A stretch of DNA of 62,904 nucleotides, filler included, from Octopus bimaculoides (GCF_001194135.2; 5 parts of 5 records of this genome joined end to end with filler, not necessarily neighbours in it), one strand, 5' to 3'; counted from the first letter of the whole stretch, positions 12,536-25,365 are shown. Numbers and translations are program-made. Notes: generated from the sequence alone by a model not told the origin.

Positions 12536-13664
12536 ATATTACAGCATGAAAAGAAAAGAATATGTTATTGCTAGGTTACCTTCAGACTCCATTACTTCAC
12601 ACATTTAACCATCCGTCAAATTGTATTCTAGTGCAACCAATCACACGATTAAACATTGATGACGTATTTGCCGTTGAAAAACTTGTTGGTAATATATTTT
12701 TCTGAGTTCGATATATTGTCTTAATCTTTTTTATAGCTATCTTTATCCTGTATATTTATATCCCGAACGTAACAGTTTCTGCTTCATTATAACTTCTTCA
12801 GACAGACCGTGGGACCACAGATGCAAAATATTTTACAACTGTTTAATTTTCGAAGAACAGTGGATCAATTGGATCATGCTACATTTCTGTCCTCTAATTC
12901 TTTTCGTTGGTTCTCTGAGGAGGGATTTCGTAGTCGTTTAGAAAACTAACTGTCCCCCATCAGCTGTCTTCGTTGTCTACGTCATGACGAAAGCGGTATG
13001 TCTGAGATATTCCTTTTTCTATTTCTATCCTTAATTATTTCTTTCTCATCACTCTATGAAAGTATGGTGTTAAGGGTTTATTCTTTCAGGGAACGAGGTA
13101 TTTGCTAATATGTTTGTGTGACCTAAACTAATTTTGTTTGTTATTCTCAAACTTTTGACTGGTGAGGCTCTGAAGACTGCGGTTTGTAGGTCTTTGCTGT
13201 TGCTGTGAATTTTCATTATTTTTCTTATTTCATACGCTTTCCATTTCATCGGGGTATTCAGTTTGACACGTTGCTTTTACTACAGCAAATAGAAGAAAGT
13301 AGTGTTTCTACTTTGTATAATCAATCTAATTCCCTTTCTTTCAGTACCTTGTACTAGAAACAGCTGTAGTATTGTTCTGTAACCTAAGACTTGTGACTCC
13401 ATTTTGACGCTTCCTGATTACAGATCACTTTCGGTTTAGCATGCTTTAAACACTCCAGCTTTCGTCAACATAAAGTCACTACTATCCATGGGTTTACGTC
13501 TAGTACACTGTCTCTTATAGTGACTCTTGTAACTCTGACACTTGTACTTGTGCACAAATGTATAATCACAGTTATATCTGACAATTTTTGCCTGTATTTC
13601 AGCTGGGTTTTCAGGCTTAAAGTAACGTCAGTAATGATTTGTGATTCAGAAACTAGGCCAGCAA

Positions 13665-13870
13665 TTTTTGAGTATTACTTAACTTTTATTATTTCCGAAA
13701 GGACGAAAAGGAAAAAGCTCTTTCCGTCGGGATTTGAACTCCGAACAGAAACACCCGGAAGAAATGCCATGTGGAATATGTAAGCGATGCTGTAACTTTC
13801 TGTAACACGCTGTCCTGAATTGTTTGGAACAAAGGCGCATGATATGAATTTTCGCGGAGAAGAATTGTCG
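13665..13870 (-). mobile_element. Family A SINE, diverged
   Basis: gaaaggacgaaaagg...gggatttgaactccgaac core. Confidence 0.7.
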
Positions 13871-14736
13871 ATTAAATCGAATCTAGTACATCCCTGGCAC
13901 TTTATTTTAACGAACCTGTGAGATACAGGAGAAAAATATAACCTTGTAGGGCCTGAGTCAAAAAGTAAAAAGCTGGAAGAAACATCACGTGTTATTTTGT
14001 CCAATTCTCCACCAGTTATCGCAAGGTCACGCAGGTCACGCAACCAAAACAATTTATCGAGAGTACATTACATATTACAAGCTATCGGGACGTTATAACT
14101 AGTTATTCATACGCCAATAGCAGTAAGTACTCGTGAAATGAGAAAATAAAATATCGATGTTATGAGTAACTTTTCGCTTTAAGCAATATATGATTCAGTG
14201 AAAAGAATGAGTCAACTAAAGAGATGAAGTTAAAATTTAAATTCAGTTTATAAATTAACATGGAGCTGCGTGTTTTTATTGTTCGGTGAATCCATTTAAA
14301 AATGTTTTTTTATAACCTCATTTTTTGTTGTTGTTTTCATGTGTTTGATATTACTGAAGTTTCGTTTGATGTATTAGAGAAATGGGATTCTGAAAAATCA
14401 AAGTATAATGAATATAGTAATTGTATAAAATATATATACAGTAAATGTAAAAAAAATACATTATAAAAACATAAGACAACTAGAAACAACAAGGATAAAA
14501 TATCATAACGGCTACAAAGATAAAAAACAAACAAATAATCAAAAACATACCTGCAACATATGCATTGAAATCTATAATTTATGAACGAATGATAGGTTCG
14601 GTGGTAGTAAAAAAAAAATCATCAAAGGCTAAAATTCTGATTCATCTATCATTCATACGCTCAGTCTTACACACATCCACATCCACACAAACACGCACCT
14701 GCGCACACACGAACACACACACACACACACACATGC

Positions 14737-14785
<49 letters not shown>

Positions 14786-15193
14786 NNNNNNNNNNNNNNN
14801 NNNNNNNNNNNNNNNNNNNNNNNNNNNNNNNNNNNNNNNNNNNNNNNNNNNNNNNNNNNNNNNNNNNNNNNNNNNNNNNNNNNNNNNNNNNNNNNNNNNN
14901 NNNNNNNNNNNNNNNNNNNNNNNNNNNNNNNNNNNNNNNNNNNNNNNNNNNNNNNNNNNNNNNNNNNNNNNNNNNNNNNNNNNNNNNNNNNNNNNNNNNN
15001 NNNNNNNNNNNNNNNNNNNNNNNNNNNNNNNNNNNNNNNNNNNNNNNNNNNNNNNNNNNNNNNNNNNNNNNNNNNNNNNNNNNNNNNNNNNNNNNNNNNN
15101 NNNNNNNNNNNNNNNNNNNNNNNNNNNNNNNNNNNNNNNNNNNNNNNNNNNNNNNNNNNNNNNNNNNNNNNNNNNNNNNNNNNNNNNNNNNNN

Positions 15194-15225
<32 letters not shown>

Positions 15226-15929
15226 GTATATTAAATATAAAGAAATGGTGAGTGGGGCGAGTTATCACGGTATGTATTCATATCATTATCAGCAAAATCA
15301 AAACAAAAGAATAAATACACAAATATTAAAAAAATAAATCAAAATCTCCACATAGGGAAAAACAGGAGCAAGCATTTATGTGCTTGCATCTAGCTCTTGA
15401 ATATCCTCGTTCTGATGAAAGATTGTATGATGCAGAAACTTACCTGTTTTCCCTAAATATCGATTTCTTTTGATCAGGAGACCATAAATAAATAAATAAA
15501 CAAATGAAAATGAAAACAAAAATAATTATATTGTCGAAAGGAATGTTGGGATTTTAAAACAAGTTTTTCTTTCATTTTGCCTTAATATTCTAACATTAAC
15601 GGAGTCATTGATGTACATGCAATTGTCTTCATCTGAAACTACAAACTGTGTCATAAGTTCAGTGTTACAGGGAACTTAGCTCTTTCTGTTAGTTCACATA
15701 TTATCACAGAACTGAAAATAGACGTATTGACTAATTTTATGTATTATGGATATTTCTATAAACGTATTAAAGCGAAGCTCTGAAATGGCGGTAAACAGCC
15801 GTCACAAGCGTTTAGAAAATACAGAAAACACGATCTTAGGGATCCACATAAACCATTTTCATCATATAGAGTTCTGTTTCATTTTTGCAAACTGTATCAA
15901 TAATGTGACGCTATTGTTATTGTTTAGAC

Positions 15930-15985
15930 CAGTGTTTCCCAAACCTTTTTTTGGTGCTGCCCCCTTCTTTCACCCGGGCCACATA
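15930..15985 (+). mobile_element. hAT-type terminal fragment
   Basis: Starts CAGTGTTTCCCAAACC, a hAT (Charlie-like) TIR pattern; no partner TIR seen. Confidence 0.4.
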
Positions 15986-16020
15986 ATTATGTATGCACGT
16001 ATGAATGAGTGAGTGTGTAT

Positions 16021-16083
16021 GTCTTGACGATCTCCCGATGGGGTTCTTATCCTAAATGATAAGCCCCATGTCGGGGATGGACT
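16021..16083. ncRNA. Pre-miRNA-like imperfect hairpin (candidate)
   Basis: gatctcccgatggggttcttatc / ctaaat loop / gataagccccatgtcggggat folds into about 20 bp of stem with small bulges. Confidence 0.3.
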
Positions 16084-16536
16084 AACGCACCTTCATCCAT
16101 CACCTCTATAATCATAATCAAAACAAAAATGAGAATAATGATAAATATTCATGTTTTGAAATTTGACTGGTGGCTGCTGTTGCTGCCATCTACAGTTGCT
16201 TTCGGAGTAAGAGGCGCAGAAAAAAAGAGTTGGCGAAGAAATAGAAATGACAAATATGATTTCTCGAAATGAAATGCGAAAATATTGTATCAAACCATAG
16301 TAAAGTCCAAAATCAACTTTTAGAATTCTGTTTGATGAACACACTGGCTTCGATTCCCAGTTGCGTTCACTTCAGTTAGATCGATAATAACATCATACTT
16401 TTAATAACTCATTCTCTATGGAAGAGACGCTATGATAATTGGTGTGGTTGTTGTCGTTTAAGTTGTGAACACCTGTGATCAAAGACTTTCTACTCTCAAC
16501 AATCTCATCGTTTTACTTGTTTTCACTGTGTAAAAG

Positions 16537-16565
16537 GACTTCACTATTTTATCAACCCATAAGTG
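16537..16565 (+). CDS. Candidate exon (TSLFYQPIS-G)
   Basis: Long pyrimidine tract then taaaag acceptor; GTG|gtaagg donor; phase 2 to 1. Confidence 0.35.
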
Positions 16566-16569
16566 GTAA

Positions 16570-16710
16570 GGATTTGCGGAATCTTTATAGTGGACTAAAA
16601 TGCTACTGGAGCTATAGTGGAGTACACTTGCCTCACTTGTCACGCAGCAAGACTGAACCCAGAACCAAGTGTTTACAAAGCGAGCTTATTAACCACACTG
16701 CCATGCCTGC
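16570..16710 (-). mobile_element. Family B SINE, diverged
   Basis: gctatagtggagtacacttgcc...gactgaacccagaacc matches family B in reverse. Confidence 0.65.
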
Positions 16711-17343
16711 GACTGTATATAACAATATTTTCTTTTATTCGACCTTATTTGATTACACTTAATCCACTAAACACCATAAATGAAAATGGATCCCTTGTCA
16801 CAGAAATAGTGTTCCCTTCATTATCTCATTAGATCTGTGGTAGAGTTGCTATGAAGTCCAATATAAGCCGCTAATGAGTCGATTTAGCAATCTACTTTCG
16901 AATGATGTAGTTATTCCTTCGAGATTTACTATTGGTAGTCAGATATTATACGTTATGGAAATAATGCAACCCATATAAAAAATATATACACAATCGCCTA
17001 AATGAAAATTATTAACTATCCACTATTTTTATGCTTTATTTACCAAACCTTCTTTTTTTTGTAATCCATTTTAATATGGATTCTCAAAATATCTTTCTTT
17101 TTTGGCCATAGAATCCCTAAAGTCTAAAGCTCATTACATGTCTGTATTAATCCATGGCTCACTACGTCTCTAGTTGTTTTAGTGTTTGTGTGCTGGATTC
17201 TAATGGTTTCTTGGAGCGACTTGCGTTGCTGGTAGGAATGCATTAAGTTACTGTATGTATGTAAAATACATTTATAACTCACAAAGGAATTGAATGCTTT
17301 CAATGGAAAATCTAACATCAAACGAACAGTGCACACACACAAA

Positions 17344-17450
<107 letters not shown>

Positions 17451-17493
17451 TTATACACTTATTTATGTTCATGTTGTGTGTGTGTGTTTGCAG

Positions 17494-17545
17494 GTTGGGA
17501 AAGCATGCCAGTCATCGACAGATTTACTGTTAAAGGGCCGTACAG
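17494..17545 (+). CDS. Candidate exon (WESMPVIDRFTVKGPY-S)
   Basis: tgtttgcag acceptor, CAG|gttaac donor, phase 1 to 2, in frame with both neighbours. Confidence 0.4.
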
Positions 17546-17680
17546 GTTAACCGGAATAAGAGATTATTTCTTGTACGTGGTTTTAGTGTTAACAATTACA
17601 TGTATCCATCACTAGAACATGTACCCATCACTACAAAAAATATTTCATTACGTCAAGCGTTTTTCATTGAACTTCCGCAG

Positions 17681-17783
17681 TATCACACATCCAGTAAAAG
17701 CCGTTAAGACGCTGAACAGTGATGATGCAAGGTTCATTCCAGAAGTTTTGAGACGTTTTCAGAGGAGAACACATGTTTGTTAA
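17681..17783 (+). CDS. Candidate terminal exon (ITHPVKAVKTLNSDDARFIPEVLRRFQRRTHVC*)
   Basis: ttttcattgaacttccgcag acceptor; phase 2 frame open 33 codons to TAA; alternative donor after 17731. Confidence 0.4.
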
Positions 17784-17900
17784 GCAAGCTTCTTAACTAC
17801 TAAATCACACCTTCACCTATATTTATATGTGTGTGTGTTTGTGTGTGTGTTTGTGTGCGTGTGTGTGTGTGTGTGTGTATTTGCGTGTGTATGTGTGTGC

Positions 17901-17966
<66 letters not shown>

Positions 17967-18119
17967 AATAAACAGAAAATGGAGAAATATTGATCAACAA
18001 CAATTGACTTACAACAATTATTATTTTTTAATTCAATACAAATAAGCTGATCCCATCTAACAGATACTTTTATCCCTTAGGCGGTTATTCCAGCCTCTAA
18101 ACTCTCTATATTTTCTGAG

Positions 18120-18225
18120 GTTATAGTAGAAGACCCTTGCCGCATGGTGCCATGCAGTGGGACTAAATCCAAACATGTGTGGTTGAGGAGCAAGCTTCTA
18201 ACCACACGGCTCCTCCTATATTAAT
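18120..18225 (-). mobile_element. Family B SINE fragment
   Basis: atagtagaagacccttgcc...gtgccatgcagtgggact...aagcttctaaccacacggc. Confidence 0.8.
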
Positions 18226-18591
18226 TTGTATACAAATGCTATTTTAGACATATTTAACAAACCGTTGTTCCTGGAAATTATCCCTCCTGCTTTTGGGGCA
18301 TTCCACAGTTATGTCACAAGATGTGCACACATAATCACCCACAGACATATCTAATTACAGAAGCAGTCACCAGAGTTTGCATACATGTGTATATATATAT
18401 ACATATTTCTCTGCTAATACTACCGCTACCACAAAAGTAACGACATCCTATTTAAGAGTACGTGTGTTTGAAAAGGTTAAACGAAAACGCTCACACATAA
18501 CAAAAATGACTTCTTCCCACTATGATAAAAAGGAAAAAAGTCACTTGTACACTTCAAAACCGTATTAAGTAAATCCCATAGACTTTTATAC

Positions 18592-18691
<100 letters not shown>

Positions 18692-20043
18692 GTATGTACA
18701 GTATATACACACACACACACACACACACACGCAAATATATAAATAGAAAGGGTGAGATTAGTATAAATATATAGGGAGGAGAGGAGAATGCAAAAGATAA
18801 GATAATATGGAACAGATAGTAGGCAGGCAGGGAAGTAGGTAAGTAGGTAGGTAGGTAGATAGATACATTGATAGATAAATAGATAAATAAATAGATCGAT
18901 CGATCGATCGATAGGCAGATAGATAGATAAGTCTTAGCTAAATACAGACAGTTAAATTTATAAAATGATGGCGGTAGAGCAGAACAGAAAGAAAACAGGG
19001 GCGTGGAATTCTTTAGAATTAGAATCAATCTTAAAGAATTAAAAATAAGACAAATGACTAAAATGAATTAGTAAGGAGTGTATGATTGATTGGGAAAAGG
19101 ACACAAAAATATCGAGCAGGCAGGACAAGTAGAGTGGGTCGGTAATAGATAAGATACGCTAAAAGATACATAGATAGACTGATAGATAGACAAACAGAGA
19201 AAATGAGAAACAGAGAGGGGGATGAGAAAGAGAGAGGGCGGGTGGTTATCGAAAGTTAATTTGAGATCAGTGTTTGAGGACAGTGTGAAGTGGTTGTGTG
19301 TGTGTGAATGTATTTTTGAATGAAGCACCATAACACTTTATACACACATACACCCACGCACACATACACACACGCATATATGTACATATATAAAATATAT
19401 ATATATATATATATATATANNNNNNNNNNNNNNNNNNNNNNNNNNNNNNNNNNNNNNNNNNNNNNNNNNNNNNNNNNNNNNNNNNNNNNNNNNNNNNNNN
19501 NNNNNNNNNNNNNNNNNNNNNNNNNNNNNNNNNNNNNNNNNNNNNNNNNNNNNNNNNNNNNNNNNNNNNNNNNNNNNNNNNNNNNNNNNNNNNNNNNNNN
19601 NNNNNNNNNNNNNNNNNNNNNNNNNNNNNNNNNNNNNNNNNNNNNNNNNNNNNNNNNNNNNNNNNNNNNNNNNNNNNNNNNNNNNNNNNNNNNNNNNNNN
19701 NNNNNNNNNNNNNNNNNNNNNNNNNNNNNNNNNNNNNNNNNNNNNNNNNNNNNNNNNNNNNNNNNNNNNNNNNNNNNNNNNNNNNNNNNNNNNNNNNNNN
19801 NNNNNNNNNNNNNNNNNNNNNNNNNNNNNNNNNNNNNNNNNNNNNNNNNNNNNNNNNNNNNNNNNNNNNNNNNNNNNNNNNNNNNNNNNNNNNNNNNNNN
19901 NNNNNNNNNNNNNNNNNNNNNNNNNNNNNNNNNNNNNNNNNNNNNNNNNNNNNNNNNNNNNNNNNNNNNNNNNNNNNNNNNNNNNNNNNNNNNNNNNNNN
20001 NNNNNNNNNNNNNNNNNNNNNTAGGGAGATAGATAGATAGATA

Positions 20044-20160
20044 ACTTTCTTTTATTAGCCACACAGGGCTGCACACAGGGCTGCACACAGAGGGGACAAA
20101 TACAACCGTAGAGCTTTTCTTTAAAAAAAAAAATCCGGTCAAAAGGGATCGGTAGGGGCA
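20044..20160 (-). mobile_element. Short 5'-truncated 3' end, probably L1/Tx1
   Basis: Reverse reads ...tgtcccctctgtgtgcagccctgtgtggctaataaaagaaag, homologous to the tail on the Tx1 fragment at 12166-12220. Confidence 0.55.
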
Positions 20161-20277
20161 AAAAAAAAAATGAGAAAGAAGTCGAAAGAGAAAGCCATAG
20201 TGGAAAATTATGCTTATATATATATTTCTATATATCTGTATATATCTGTATATGTGTATATTTGTGTGCGTGTGTGT

Positions 20278-20309
<32 letters not shown>

Positions 20310-21269
20310 TGAGTAAGGAAAAGAAAGTAGAGAAAGAGTGAGAGGGGGTTATTATACTTTAGGGGAAAGAATCAATGACCGAGAAAGAAGGAGGAAAGGA
20401 CAGATGGAGATTCAGAAAGAAAGAAAGGGTTGTGACAATGGAGGGTGGGAGTTACACATCATGTTGTAAGCAGTATTGGAAAGAACGTGGATAAGAAGAT
20501 ATTTTGAAGCGGACTGAATATAGTATGATATTAATAGAGTACTTTAAATTCAACCATCCGAGACAACTTTCGATGTAGAGCGGTGAACAAATGAAAGGAA
20601 TAAGAAAAATCAACCATTCATAGAAATGATGGAATGCATTATCGGGTATCGACCAGGGACATTTATATTAAAACTGAATGGGATCAATAAAAGGCAAAAA
20701 GTTTTTCGAAAGATAATGTTATTTATATATTTTAAGGATCCTATTCTTGTTTTGGATAGACGAACGTGTTGCCAAAACTGTTGATACAAGCGACGTTTTG
20801 TTGATTATGACGGTGTGATATTACTATGCTGTTATACAAAGACTATGACAGCGAGCTGGGAGAAATATTAGAGCCTTGTGGTATTTCTTCTAACTCCATA
20901 TTCTGAACTCTAATTTTTCTGAGGTAATATTTGCTTGTCATTTCTTCGTGGAATAAATACTGAGAAATTTAGAGAACAACTAGTTATTGACAGCTAGTTA
21001 TTGTTGTCGGACATCAATACACAAGGTATTTGTTATCATATTTGTTTCGGACCTTGGGAGAAGACAATGATTTGATATTAAAACTTTTCTTTGTCGACGA
21101 TATAAAATTGATTTCATTCTGCCTGGGCCTGGTACTGGTATTCTTTGACGTGGTCTATGAAGAAAGTAGGACGAGGAAGACTTGGCTTCAGTTTATCTGG
21201 AAAATAAATTTAATCTTCTTTAGTAAAAATTATGATCATAACTATAACCAAAAGAAAATCTTCTGTATC

Positions 21270-21500
21270 AAGTTTATAATCACAAGCATCATGTATAGTA
21301 TTAACATTATAATCATTAATTCGTTGCAAGGTATTATATTTATAATTACGAACTCATTTTATTATGTGAAGATTATAATCATTGAAGCATTGTAAGGTAT
21401 ATTTGTTATGGCAAATTCATTGTATGTTCTGAAGATTATTAACACAGGGTCATTGTATGATGTGTACAATCACAGCCTCATTGTGTGCTATCAAGGCTAT
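21270..21500. repeat. Degenerate 33-bp minisatellite, about 7 units
   Basis: Units such as aagtttataatcacaagcatcatgtatagtatt and aagattataatcattgaagcattgtaaggtata recur at 33-nt spacing. Confidence 0.7.
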
Positions 21501-21839
21501 GATAGCATACCAATTGAGTGGTGAAATTTTCAAGTGTATTTAATATCAGGGATTCTGAATGCTTCATTATCTCCATGAATAGCTGTTATGTTTCCATAGC
21601 ATTAATAGTGGTGATAGGCAGAAATGAAAACACGTTGGACATAATGGATGATACTAATTTATTCCGTGTTGTTATATTTTCCTATCCTTAACTTATTTTT
21701 CTTCATATTTTTGGCATGAAAAAAATATATCATGTCGCCAATGGCTCTATTGCAAGTAGTTCCCGGATTCCAGATTCTGAGTTCAAAATCCGGGGTAGTT
21801 CAGGTTAATGCTTCTTCGTTCATGCTTTTTCGTAAGAAA

Positions 21840-22120
21840 TAAATCGTAAGAAATTTGCTTCCCGACTACATGGTTCTGCGTGGCACCTTGAGCAAGTATC
21901 TCCTGCTATAGCTTCGGGCCGACGAAAGCCTTATGAGTTGATTTGGTAGACGGAAACTGAAAGAAGCCCATCGTGTGTGTGTATATATATCTATATCTAT
22001 NNNNNNNNNNTATATATATATATATATATATATGTGAGTGGATGCCTTTGTATCTATATTTGTTCCTCATCGCCACTTGACAACCGTTGTTGGTGTTGTG
22101 TTTTCGACCCCGTGACATTG
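21840..22120 (+). mobile_element. Family B SINE (spans a small gap)
   Basis: tttgcttcccgactacatggttc...ggcaccttgagcaagtatctcctgctatagc...ggtagacggaaactgaaagaagccc. Confidence 0.85.
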
Positions 22121-22504
22121 CGGTGTCATTCGTTCTAAGCTAAAGTCTCAGTGAGATGAATTTTGCGTTTCATTTTTCAATAAATATAATATCAGTTTTC
22201 CTTCTGAAGTCATTCCTACATTTTCTGTATAAAAAAGTAATCTGCTACAAAGAGTTTTCCAAGCCTGGAAAGAGATAGGATTTGCCACGGCTAGGTGCAC
22301 TGGACGGTAACATTTTGACTGAATCTGGAGAGATTAAGGAGGGATATGCTCAATCGAATATAAGATTTCTGTTAAAAAATGAACTTTAATCTATTCAAGT
22401 CATCAGTAGTATACAACATTTAGAACAGCTGTAGATAATAAAATGAAAGATCATTAACTAATTGTAATGTTATTGGGCAGTGCCCGTGACGTATATATTA
22501 AACT

Positions 22505-22742
22505 CATTAAGGGCCGTGAGCTGGCAGAATCGTTAGCACGCCGGCCGAAATACTTAGCGGTATTTCGTCTGCTGTTACGTTCTGAGTTTAAATTCCGCCG
22601 GGGTCGATTTTGCCTTTCATCCTTTCGGGGTCGATTAAATAAGTACCAGTTACACACTGGGGTCGATGTAATCGACTTAATCCCTTTGTTTGTCCTTGTT
22701 TGTCCCGTCTATGTTTAGCCCCCTGTGGGTAATAAAGAAATA
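22505..22742 (+). mobile_element. Full-length family A SINE with Tx1-like 3' tail
   Basis: Head gtgagctggcagaatcgttagc, core, and tail tgtcccgtctatgtttagccccctgtgggtaataaagaaa. Confidence 0.9.
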
Positions 22743-22789
22743 TATTAAACTCATTTGTTAAGTCCTATTATTATTATTATTATTGAATA

Positions 22790-23085
22790 ATAAATAATGG
22801 TTCAGTTTTGTTTGGAAAACTCCCCAGTAAATTGTGACACATATGGTTATCATTGGAGGACATGACAAGAATAATTAGGCAGACTTTCGAATATATGCAT
22901 ATACATGCAGGCATGCGTACATATATAGCGAAACATCTACACATGCACTGACTCCAACTACTGCCGACATATACAGAAACATGCACAAATACCCTGTTGA
23001 AAATTTTGAGATTCCAATGCCTTGGATCAAGGTTAGAAACCGGCTCTTTGTCTATTGGCAAGAAATCTTAAAATAAAACTGAATA
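22790..23085 (+). mobile_element. 3' UTR-type fragment of the R4/Dong-like family
   Basis: gccttggatcaaggttagaaaccggctctttgtctattggcaagaaatcttaaaataaaactgaat is nearly identical to the 3' end of the element at 53040-53575. Confidence 0.75.
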
Positions 23086-23489
23086 ACATATATTTATACA
23101 TACATACCATATATTGTTTATATCATTTATCTAATAATTCGATTGAGCATCATAAAATTTGGGGTTTTCTTAGAATCATATTGTTATCTACAATTTCATT
23201 TCCCAACAGGAATAGAAGCTGTATGTATATCTCCAAACTTCAGATTATCAAATACAACCAGTATTGTTAATGGGCTATAAGATGTTCCTGTTAGTACTTC
23301 AGTTTCTGGTTGCAGAGATAATACTTAGAATGTGAAATCTAGAAAGTAAATTGTTGCTCTATGTTTGTATGAGACATTGATTAAAGGAATGCACAAACAT
23401 TCTTTGTTAGAAAATACAGATTTTAGACAGGTCAACCGAAAGAAATATATCCTCATATACAAACATGCAGGCATACATAAATGTATACA

Positions 23490-23575
23490 TCTGTATGTAT
23501 GTATGTATGTATGTATGTATGTATGTATGTATGTATGTATGTATGTATGTGTGTATCTATGTATGTGTCTGTCGG

Positions 23576-23635
<60 letters not shown>

Positions 23636-23643
23636 CCTATCTA

Positions 23644-23688
<45 letters not shown>

Positions 23689-23700
23689 ATGTCTGTATGC
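23490..23700. repeat. Compound (TATG)/(TATC)/(TGTC) tetranucleotide microsatellite
   Basis: Directly visible. Confidence 0.95.
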
Positions 23701-24029
23701 ATATATGTCATATTTTATGTATATTTAATGTATAAAAACAATAAATATCAGATTTTTACTCAAGACGTTCCTCAGAAATGCTATCTTATAACGAACGTCG
23801 TAGTAAATGGCCTTTCGACAGATAGTATACATTATATGCAATGACATAATTACCTCTTTTAATTAAATATCGACTCAATTGTGTATATACATATATAAAT
23901 ATAGGCGCCCATATCCTAACAAACATACATGAAAGAGATAGTATGCATGTATGTATAAGTATGTACGCGAACGCACACACCCAGTTGCGCGCGCATATGC
24001 ACAGATGCTCGCATGCACGTATGTATGTA

Positions 24030-24345
24030 AGTAGCTTACTAGAGTATTCGACTCAGGATTTTAAGGTCGTGAGTTCGGTACCTGACGGCGCGTTACGTCA
24101 TTGAGCACGACACTTTATTTGATGCTATTCTGGTTCACTCAACTGGAAAACGTGAGTCGTACTTGTATTTCAGACTGCCAACCGTCTCTCAGTGTGTGCC
24201 ACACTGCATCTCCCAGGGAACTATTTAAGATTACGAGTACCACTGGAGTACTTAGCCACTTGCATGCTAATTTCACGAGCTGCTGGGTGTTCTGTTAAAT
24301 AGGATCAACTTGAACTCCCGTCGTCGTAACCGACGGATCGCTAGC
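24030..24345 (+). mobile_element. Family D SINE, diverged
   Basis: tRNA-like head ggtcgtgagttcg and body ending taatttcacgag...cgtcgtaaccgacgg shared with 51862-52235. Confidence 0.8.
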
Positions 24346-25169
24346 AGACACACACACACACACACACATACACACACACACACAAATACACACACACACA
24401 CACACATACACNNNNNNNNNNNNNNNNNNNNNNNNNNNNNNNNNNNNNNNNNNNNNNNNNNNNNNNNNNNNNNNNNNNNNNNNNNNNNNNNNNNNNNNNN
24501 NNNNNNNNNNNNNNNNNNNNNNNNNNNNNNNNNNNNNNNNNNNNNNNNNNNNNNNNNNNNNNNNNNNNNNNNNNNNNNNNNNNNNNNNNNNNNNNNNNNN
24601 NNNNNNNNNNNNNNNNNNNNNNNNNNNNNNNNNNNNNNNNNNNNNNNNNNNNNNNNNNNNNNNNNNNNNNNNNNNNNNNNNNNNNNNNNNNNNNNNNNNN
24701 NNNNNNNNNNNNNNNNNNNNNNNNNNNNNNNNNNNNNNNNNNNNNNNNNNNNNNNNNNNNNNNNNNNNNNNNNNNNNNNNNNNNNNNNNNNNNNNNNNNN
24801 NNNNNNNNNNNNNNNNNNNNNNNNNNNNNNNNNNNNNNNNNNNNNNNNNNNNNNNNNNNNNNNNNNNNNNNNNNNNNNNNNNNNNNNNNNNNNNNNNNNN
24901 NNNNNNNNNNNNNNNNNNNNNNNNNNNNNNNNNNNNNNNNNNNNNNNNNNNNNNNNNNNNNNNNNNNNNNNNNNNNNNNNNNNNNNNNNNNNNNNNNNNN
25001 NNNNNNNNNNNNNNNNNNNNNNNNNNNNNNNNNNNNNNNNNNNNNNNNNNNNNNNNNNNNNNNNNNNNNNNNNNNNNNNNNNNNNNNNNNNNNNNNNNNN
25101 NNNNNNNNNNNNNNNNNNNNNNNNNNNNNTATATATATATATGTATGTATATATATATATATGTATGTA

Positions 25170-25217
<48 letters not shown>

Positions 25218-25221
25218 TGTG

Positions 25222-25365
25222 TAGGCGCTGGTGTGGCTGTGTGGTAAGAAGCTTGCTTCTGAACTATATAGTTTCGCGTTGACTTGCCCAGGGTGAGACG
25301 CATATTGGGCAAGTGCCTTCTACTATAGCCTGGGGCCCACCAAGGCCTTGTGAGAAGCCTCTCGT
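25222..25365 (+). mobile_element. Family B SINE
   Basis: ggcgctggtgtggctgtgtggtaagaagcttgcttc...ttgggcaagtgccttctactatagcc. Confidence 0.85.

Noticed and set aside
12964-14000. ESGEK resembling the Cys-loop receptor M1-M2 linker (chemotactile receptor idea)
   Set aside because: Only formed by a speculative splice, not followed by a hydrophobic M2, and no Cys-loop motif found in the window.
16129-16244. Signal-peptide-like MRIMINIHVLKFDWWLLLLPSTVAFG with a gtaaga donor, and LVAAVAAIYSCFRSKRRRKKELAKK* in another frame
   Set aside because: Hydrophobicity comes from a short (CTG/TTG) run; the TM-like frame has an upstream stop with no acceptor; no consistent model.
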